NCBI RefSeq assembly: GCF_055900595.2
Contig: NZ_CM148325.1
Direction: 5' to 3' (one strand)
DNA: 64,000 bases
In this document: positions 56,863 to 64,000 of the stretch, one piece after another
How the letters are laid out: the number at the start of each line of letters is the position of its first letter
Numbering within the stretch: position 1 is the stretch's first letter
Made by a program: the position numbers and the translations under genes
The notes under the pieces: generated by a model
Databases searched by the model: none
Seen by the model: only the letters and a program-made list of their open reading frames with translations
Told to the model about the DNA's origin: nothing

Positions 56863-57563
56863 GTGTTCCCCGCGCTAGCGGGGATAAACCGGTAATAAAT
56901 TCTTTGTGCGCGAAGAAATGAAGGTGTTCCCCGCGCTAGCGGGGATAAACCACGTGGCAACAATATTCCGCTGCTTTAACGCAAGTGTTCCCCGCGCTAG
57001 CGGGGATAAACCGGCGGCGATCATCTTTGACGCCGACCTGTTTCGGTGTTCCCCGCGCTAGCGGGGATAAACCGCGCTACCACAGGTCGCTACCGCATGG
57101 GCTTCAGTGTTCCCCGCGCTAGCGGGGATAAACCGCGGTCATATTGCGCCTGCACAGACTCACTGCGGTGTTCCCCGCGCTAGCGGGGATAAACCGGGGC
57201 AGGGAAATCACGGGCACGGTGACGATATGTGTTCCCCGCGCTAGCGGGGATAAACCGCCAAAACCATGACGTTCTCACTATCGGATGTGGTGTTCCCCGC
57301 GCTAGCGGGGATAAACCGTGGCCACCGGCAAAGAAAAAACGGAGTTCTGGCGTGTTCCCCGCGCCAGCGGGGATAAACCGGAAACTGTACTTGATGCGCT
57401 GAAAGCGATGGGGTGTTCCCCGCGCCAGCGGGGATAAACCGATGGCCCAGGGATTTGTTCAGTCCAGCGTGCCGTGTTCCCCGCGCCAGCGGGGATAAAC
57501 CGCTCTCGGTTCTGGGGTACTGTTACCCATAACTGAGCTCCCCCGCGTCAGCGGGGAACTCCC
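56863..57563 (+). CRISPR. Type I-E CRISPR array (CRISPR I): 12 repeats, 11 spacers
   Basis: 29-nt repeat GTGTTCCCCGCGC(T/C)AGCGGGGATAAACCG at 61-bp period (one 33-nt spacer); terminal repeat degenerate (GAGCTCCCCCGCGTCAGCGGGGAACTCCC). Confidence 0.96.
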
Positions 57564-57583
57564 AGCTCCCATTTTCAAACGCC

Positions 57584-58621
57584 TCATGACGCCTTCGCCA
57601 GTTCCTTCACCAGCGGTAGCATTATCCGCATAACGTCACGGCAGCGACGTTCTATTCTTCCAGGAAGCGCCTTATCAATATGCTGTTGATTATCAAGCCT
57701 TACATCATGCCAGCTATTTCCCGCCGGGAAGGCCGGTGTTTTTGCGCGTTGCTGATAACCATCCTTATTTCCAAGATTCCAGTTGGTCGCCTCCACCGAA
57801 AGTACCGCAATACCGGCTTTGTCGAAAACTTCTGCATCGTTACAACACCCGGTGCCTTTCGGATAGTTTTTATTCAAACCTGGATTTGTTGTCGCTGCAA
57901 TCCCATGATTACGCGCAATTGCCAGCGCTCGATCACGGGTTAATTTCCTGACAGCCTCTGGTGTATTTACACCACTATTAAAATACAATTTATCGCCAAC
58001 AATTAAGTTATCGAGATTAATCACCAGCAGCGTATTTTTCTTTTCAGTATCGCTCATGCGCTTGAGTAAATTCTCAGCGCCTAATTTCCCTTCTTCTTCT
58101 CCACTGGTTGCCACAAAACGAATACCATACTCGGTAGGCGTATTTTTCAGACGTTCAGCCAGTTCCAGCATGACACCTAAACCTGCGGCGTTATCATCCA
58201 TTCCTTGTAACGTCAGCCCGCCGAGATTGGCATCGGCGTCGGCATCGCTCAGTGGAGCGTACGTATCAAGATGCGCCATAATAATGATCTGCTGCGGCGC
58301 TTTGCCTTCATGAGCGGCAATCACCGTACTTCCCGTCACGTTGTGCCAGTTTTTGCGGTTATCGCGGGCGGTGTAAATATATCGGCTATTAAATGTCCGA
58401 ATATCACTGCGATAACCCATCTGTTGAAACTGTTGGCGAATATAATCGGCGGATAACATTTCTGCAGGAGTTCCGGTCATGCGTCCCGGAAAGAAAGTAG
58501 CAATATGTCGTGCCTGTGTATTAGCAAAATCACCAGGTTTAGGTGACGAGGCGTGTACGGGGAGAATAAAGCATACGCCGAGCGCCAGGGCAGCGGTACG
58601 GTGGCGCAATGCGGAAAACAT
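57584..58621 (-). CDS. iap: Alkaline phosphatase isozyme conversion aminopeptidase
   Basis: 345-aa ORF MFSALRHRTAALALGVCFILPVHASSPKPGD... with signal peptide and M28-peptidase-like body. Confidence 0.88.
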   Translation of the reverse strand: MFSALRHRTAALALGVCFILPVHASSPKPGDFANTQARHIATFFPGRMTGTPAEMLSADYIRQQFQQMGYRSDIRTFNSRYIYTARDNRKNWHNVTGSTVIAAHEGKAPQQIIIMAHLDTYAPLSDADADANLGGLTLQGMDDNAAGLGVMLELAERLKNTPTEYGIRFVATSGEEEGKLGAENLLKRMSDTEKKNTLLVINLDNLIVGDKLYFNSGVNTPEAVRKLTRDRALAIARNHGIAATTNPGLNKNYPKGTGCCNDAEVFDKAGIAVLSVEATNWNLGNKDGYQQRAKTPAFPAGNSWHDVRLDNQQHIDKALPGRIERRCRDVMRIMLPLVKELAKAS

Positions 58622-58872
58622 AGTGAGTCCTTAAATACCATGCAAATTTTTTTACCGCCATAGTATGAAACTGCCGCTGCGCTAAAACAATTTCAAATCT
58701 TCCTAAACGCCCGAAATCCGGTGCCTTAAGCACTTTTTGATATTAGCTTTGCCAAATCGTTATTCCGTTAAGGAACTACTCATTCTAATTGGTAATTTCA
58801 TTCGTTCTCTTACGCTCCCTATAGTCGAAACATCTGATGGCAAGAAAATAGCGGTATTGCAAAGGAACGGTT

Positions 58873-59781
58873 ATGGATCAAAAACGACTTACTCACCTGC
58901 GGCAACTGGAGGCGGAAAGCATCCACATTATTCGTGAGGTGGCGGCAGAATTCTCAAATCCGGTGATGCTCTACTCTATCGGTAAAGATTCCAGCGTCAT
59001 GCTGCATCTGGCGCGCAAGGCGTTTTATCCGGGTACGCTGCCTTTCCCATTGCTGCATGTCGATACTGGCTGGAAATTCCGCGAGATGTATGAGTTCCGC
59101 GATCGTACGGCTAAAGCCTACGGCTGCGAGCTCCTGGTACATAAAAACCCGGAAGGCGTGGCGATGGGGATTAACCCGTTCGTGCACGGCAGCGCAAAAC
59201 ATACCGATATTATGAAAACCGAAGGTTTGAAGCAGGCGTTGAACAAGTACGGTTTTGATGCCGCCTTCGGTGGCGCGCGCCGCGACGAAGAGAAATCCCG
59301 CGCTAAGGAGCGAATCTACTCTTTCCGTGACCGCTTTCATCGCTGGGACCCGAAAAATCAGCGCCCGGAGCTGTGGCACAACTACAACGGGCAAATTAAC
59401 AAAGGCGAAAGTATCCGCGTCTTCCCGCTCTCTAACTGGACCGAGCAGGATATCTGGCAATACATCTGGCTGGAAAATATCGACATTGTTCCGCTGTATC
59501 TTGCTGCGGAACGTCCGGTTCTGGAACGCGACGGTATGTTGATGATGATTGATGACAACCGTATCGACCTGCAACCAGGCGAAGTGATTAAAAAACGGAT
59601 GGTGCGTTTCCGTACGCTGGGCTGCTGGCCGCTGACCGGCGCGGTGGAGTCAAATGCGCAAACACTGCCGGAGATCATCGAAGAGATGCTGGTTTCCACC
59701 ACCAGTGAACGTCAGGGCCGCGTAATTGACCGCGACCAGGCGGGGTCTATGGAGCTGAAAAAACGTCAGGGGTATTTTTAA
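58873..59781 (+). CDS. cysD: Sulfate adenylyltransferase subunit 2
   Basis: 302-aa [30 protein letters not shown]... Confidence 0.95.
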   Translation: MDQKRLTHLRQLEAESIHIIREVAAEFSNPVMLYSIGKDSSVMLHLARKAFYPGTLPFPLLHVDTGWKFREMYEFRDRTAKAYGCELLVHKNPEGVAMGINPFVHGSAKHTDIMKTEGLKQALNKYGFDAAFGGARRDEEKSRAKERIYSFRDRFHRWDPKNQRPELWHNYNGQINKGESIRVFPLSNWTEQDIWQYIWLENIDIVPLYLAAERPVLERDGMLMMIDDNRIDLQPGEVIKKRMVRFRTLGCWPLTGAVESNAQTLPEIIEEMLVSTTSERQGRVIDRDQAGSMELKKRQGYF

Positions 59782-59782
59782 G

Positions 59783-61210
59783 ATGAACACCGCACTTGCA
59801 CAACAAATCGCCAATGAAGGCGGCGTCGAAGCCTGGATGATTGCGCAACAACATAAAAGCCTGCTGCGTTTTCTGACCTGTGGTAGCGTCGATGACGGCA
59901 AAAGTACCCTGATTGGTCGCCTGCTACACGATACCCGCCAAATCTACGAAGATCAGCTCTCATCGCTGCATAACGACAGTAAGCGTCACGGCACCCAGGG
60001 CGAAAAGCTGGATCTGGCACTGCTGGTGGACGGCCTGCAAGCTGAGCGCGAACAGGGCATCACTATTGATGTGGCCTACCGCTATTTCTCTACCGAGAAG
60101 CGTAAATTTATTATCGCCGACACCCCAGGGCACGAGCAGTACACCCGCAATATGGCGACTGGCGCATCGACATGTGAACTGGCGATCTTACTGATCGATG
60201 CCCGTAAAGGCGTGCTCGATCAAACCCGTCGTCACAGTTTTATCTCCACACTGTTGGGGATCAAACATCTGGTCGTGGCGATCAACAAAATGGATCTGGT
60301 GGATTACAGTGAAGAGACGTTCACCCGTATTCGTGAAGATTATCTGACTTTTGCCGGGCAGCTGCCGGGTAATCTGGATATCCGCTTTGTGCCGCTCTCT
60401 GCACTGGAAGGCGACAACGTGGCTTCGCAAAGTGAAAGTATGCCGTGGTACAGCGGTCCGACACTGCTCGAAGTGCTGGAAACCGTGGAAATCCAGCGAG
60501 TGGTGGATGCTCAGCCAATGCGCTTTCCGGTGCAGTACGTTAACCGCCCGAATCTCGATTTTCGTGGCTATGCCGGAACGCTGGCATCCGGTCGCGTGGA
60601 AGTCGGACAACGTGTCAAAGTGCTGCCCTCTGGTGTGGAATCAAACGTCGCGCGGATCGTGACCTTTGATGGCGATCGCGAAGAAGCCTTTGCCGGAGAA
60701 GCGATCACCCTGGTGCTAACGGATGAGATCGACATCAGCCGTGGTGATCTGCTGCTGGCGGCAGACGAAGCGCTACCGGCAGTGCAGAGCGCGTCGGTGG
60801 ATGTGGTGTGGATGGCGGAACAGCCACTTTCCCCTGGACAAAGCTACGACATCAAAATTGCCGGTAAGAAGACGCGTGCCCGTGTTGATGGTATTCGCTA
60901 TCAGGTTGATATTAATAACCTTACTCAACGCGAAGTTGAAAATCTGCCGCTAAACGGCATTGGTTTGGTGGATCTCACTTTTGACGAGCCGCTGGTGTTA
61001 GATCGTTATCAGCAAAACCCGGTTACTGGTGGGCTGATTTTTATCGATCGCCTGAGCAATGTGACCGTGGGGGCCGGTATGGTGCACGAGCCAGTTAGCC
61101 AGGCAACTACTGCGCCATCTGAATTCAGTGCATTCGAACTGGAATTGAATGCCCTGGTTCGCCGCCATTTTCCACACTGGGGCGCGCGCGATTTACTGGG
61201 GGATAAATAA
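59783..61210 (+). CDS. cysN: Sulfate adenylyltransferase subunit 1 (GTPase)
   Basis: 475-aa ORF with [10 protein letters not shown]1 motif. Confidence 0.95.
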
Positions 61211-61815
61211 TGGCGCTGCATGACGAAAACGTCGTCTGGCATAGCCATCCAGTCACTGTACAACAACGCGAGCTACACCACGGTCATCGTGGTGTAGTGC
61301 TGTGGTTTACCGGCCTCTCCGGGTCCGGTAAATCAACGGTCGCCGGGGCGCTGGAGGAGGCGTTACATAAACTCGGCGTCAGTACGTATCTGCTGGATGG
61401 CGACAATGTTCGCCACGGATTATGCAGCGATCTCGGTTTTAGCGATGCCGATCGTAAAGAGAATATCCGTCGCGTCGGTGAAGTGGCGAATTTAATGGTT
61501 GAAGCTGGACTGGTGGTGCTGACCGCGTTTATCTCGCCACACCGCGCCGAACGCCAGATGGTTCGCGAACGTGTAGGAGAAGGGCGTTTTATCGAAGTGT
61601 TTGTCGATACGCCGCTGGCGATTTGCGAGGCCCGCGATCCAAAAGGCTTATATAAGAAAGCGCGTGCCGGTGAACTGCGCAACTTTACGGGAATAGATTC
61701 CGTTTACGAAGCGCCTGAATCGGCAGAAATTCATCTCAATGGTGAACAATTAGTAACAAATTTGGTACAGCAATTATTAGATCTGTTGAGACAGAACGAT
61801 ATTATCAGATCCTGA
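61210..61815 (+). CDS. cysC: Adenylyl-sulfate kinase
   Basis: 201-aa ORF with P-loop GLSGSGKST. Confidence 0.95.
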
Positions 61816-61864
61816 GACACCACCGGGTTTCCATGCCCGGTCCGTCAAAGTTACAGGATCAAAT

Positions 61865-62188
61865 ATGCGTAATAGCCATAACATTACACTAACAAATAAC
61901 GACAGCCTTACTGAGGATGAAGAAACCACATGGTCACTGCCAGGTGCTGTGGTCGGTTTTGTCTCCTGGTTATTTGCGCTGGCGATGCCGATGTTGATTT
62001 ATGGCTCTAACACGCTGTTCTTCTTTATCTACACCTGGCCTTTCTTTCTGGCACTGATGCCTGTCGCGGTGGTGGTGGGGATTGCACTGCATTCATTGAT
62101 GGACGGAAAGCTACGCTACAGTATTGTTTTCACCCTGGTGACAGTCGGCATTATGTTTGGCGCACTGTTTATGTGGCTACTGGGCTAA
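61865..62188 (+). CDS. ygbE: Small inner-membrane protein YgbE
   Basis: 107-aa ORF with three hydrophobic segments. Confidence 0.75.
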   Translation: MRNSHNITLTNNDSLTEDEETTWSLPGAVVGFVSWLFALAMPMLIYGSNTLFFFIYTWPFFLALMPVAVVVGIALHSLMDGKLRYSIVFTLVTVGIMFGALFMWLLG

Positions 62189-62381
62189 TTTGTACTTTCC
62201 CGTCTCCTCTGTTCATAATTCAAACCGTAACGAATAATGAGATTATGTTCTGCACGCCCTGGGTATACGTAACAATGGACAAATGTGGTACATTTGCCCG
62301 CGTTGTCGCGGTATCCCCAACAGAGGATGTAGAGTCGTCTTCGGATGCATGGGATGATGATGCCGTTTTTCAGGGGGCAGG

Positions 62382-62693
62382 ATGGGTAAACTAACGCTGC
62401 TGTTGCTGGCTATTCTGGTCTGGCTACAGTATTCGCTGTGGTTCGGTAAGAACGGTATACATGACTATACCCGCGTCAATGATGATGTGGCGGCACAGCA
62501 AGCTACAAACGCGAAACTTAAAGCGCGAAACGATCAACTTTTTGCCGAAATTGACGATCTCAATGGCGGCCAGGAGGCGCTCGAAGAGCGTGCGCGTAAT
62601 GAACTCAGCATGACCAGGCCGGGCGAAACTTTTTATCGTCTGGTGCCTGACGCGTCGAAACGCGCACAGTCTGCGGGGCAAAACACTCGATAA
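62382..62693 (+). CDS. ftsB: Cell division protein FtsB
   Basis: 103-aa [32 protein letters not shown]... Confidence 0.92.
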   Translation: MGKLTLLLLAILVWLQYSLWFGKNGIHDYTRVNDDVAAQQATNAKLKARNDQLFAEIDDLNGGQEALEERARNELSMTRPGETFYRLVPDASKRAQSAGQNTR

Positions 62694-62711
62694 ATCAGCC
62701 CGGGAATTAAC

Positions 62712-63422
62712 ATGGCAACCACTCATTTGGATGTTTGCGCCGTGGTTCCGGCGGCCGGATTTGGCCGTCGAATGCAAACGGAATGTCCTAAGCAATATCT
62801 CTCAATCGGTAATCAAACCATTCTTGAACACTCGGTGCATGCGCTGCTGGCGCATCCCCGGGTGACTCGTGTCGTCATTGCCATAAGTCCTGGCGATAGC
62901 CGCTTTGCACAACTTCCTCTGGCGAATCATCCGCAAATTACCGTTGTAGATGGCGGTAATGAGCGTGCCGATTCCGTGCTGGCAGGTCTGAAAGCCGCTG
63001 ACGGCGCGCAGTGGGTATTGGTGCATGACGCCGCTCGTCCTTGTCTGCATCAGGATGACCTTGCGCGATTGTTGGCGTTGAGCGAAACCAGTCGCACAGG
63101 GGGGATCCTCGCCGCACCGGTGCGCGATACCATGAAACGTGCCGAACCTGGCAAAAATGCCATTGCTCATACCGTTGATCGCAACGGCTTATGGCACGCG
63201 CTGACGCCGCAATTTTTCCCTCGTGAGCTGTTACATGACTGTCTGACGCGCGCTTTAAATGAAGGTGCGACTATTACCGACGAAGCCTCGGCGCTGGAAT
63301 ATTGCGGATTCCATCCGCAGTTGGTCGAAGGCCGCGCGGATAACATTAAAGTCACGCGTCCGGAAGATTTGGCACTGGCCGAGTTTTACCTCACCCGAAC
63401 CATCCATCAGGAGAATACATAA
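62712..63422 (+). CDS. ispD: 2-C-methyl-D-erythritol 4-phosphate cytidylyltransferase
   Basis: 236-aa [25 protein letters not shown]... Confidence 0.94.
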   Translation: MATTHLDVCAVVPAAGFGRRMQTECPKQYLSIGNQTILEHSVHALLAHPRVTRVVIAISPGDSRFAQLPLANHPQITVVDGGNERADSVLAGLKAADGAQWVLVHDAARPCLHQDDLARLLALSETSRTGGILAAPVRDTMKRAEPGKNAIAHTVDRNGLWHALTPQFFPRELLHDCLTRALNEGATITDEASALEYCGFHPQLVEGRADNIKVTRPEDLALAEFYLTRTIHQENT

Positions 63423-63901
63423 TGCGAATTGGACACGGTTTTGACGTACACGCCTTTGGCGGTGAAGGCCCAATTATCATTGGTGGCGTACGCATTCCTT
63501 ACGAAAAAGGGTTGCTGGCGCATTCTGATGGCGACGTGGCGTTACATGCGCTGACCGATGCATTGCTTGGTGCAGCGGCGTTGGGGGATATCGGCAAGCT
63601 GTTCCCGGATACCGATCCATCATTTAAAGGGGCCGACAGCCGCGAATTGCTGCGCGAAGCCTGGCGTCGTATTCAGGCGAAGGGGTATACCCTCGGTAAC
63701 GTCGATGTCACTATCATCGCTCAGGCACCGAAGATGTTGCCGCATATTCCACAAATGCGCGTGTTTATTGCCGAAGATCTCGGCTGCCATATGGATGATG
63801 TTAACGTGAAAGCCACTACTACGGAAAAATTAGGATTTACCGGGCGTGGGGAAGGGATTGCCTGTGAAGCGGTGGCGCTACTCATTAAGGCAACAAAATG
63901 A
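63422..63901 (+). CDS. ispF: 2-C-methyl-D-erythritol 2,4-cyclodiphosphate synthase
   Basis: 159-aa [42 protein letters not shown]... Confidence 0.95.
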
Positions 63902-64000
63902 TTGAGTTTGATAATCTCACTTACCTCCACGGTAAACCGCAAGGTACCGGGCTGCTGAAAGCCAATCCGGAAGACTTTGTGGTGGTGGAAGATTTGGGCT
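63898..64000 (+). CDS. truD: tRNA pseudouridine(13) synthase TruD, N-terminal fragment (runs off-window)
   Basis: ATG at 63898 overlapping the ispF stop; translation [34 protein letters not shown]. Confidence 0.85.

Overview
This window reads as an Escherichia coli-type chromosomal segment with the gene order sdaB(partial)-sdaC-ppnN-queF-syd-csrB-[IS200]-yqcC-truC-yqcA-gudPXD-barA-rlmD-relA-mazEFG-pyrG-eno-[3 TPM genes + lemA]-[IS10]-queE-[CRISPR 2.3/2.2]-ygcE-yqcE-ygcWUSRQ-ygcPON-queD-cysJIH-[hok-like]-cas3-casABCDE-cas1-cas2-[CRISPR I]-iap-cysDNC-ygbE-ftsB-ispDF-truD(partial). Gene identities come from reading the supplied ORF translations and the nucleotide sequence against recalled protein families; no database search was run. 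The core is housekeeping (relA, pyrG, eno, cys, isp) interrupted by accessory material: a complete type I-E CRISPR-Cas locus with two arrays, two intact insertion sequences (IS200-like after csrB; IS10 with a perfect 9-bp target duplication between lemA and queE), a lemA plus three-paralog TPM-domain cluster, a hok-like toxin ORF just upstream of cas3, and the cryptic ygc island. The most promising candidate for an undescribed system is the ygc island: a FixABCX-like electron-transfer flavoprotein module with kinase, dehydrogenases, transporters and a GlpP-like antiterminator, whose ygcW leader shows a perfect CRP box and a terminator/antiterminator pair. The lemA/TPM membrane module is the second candidate. 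No tRNA, rRNA or prophage integrase was recognised.
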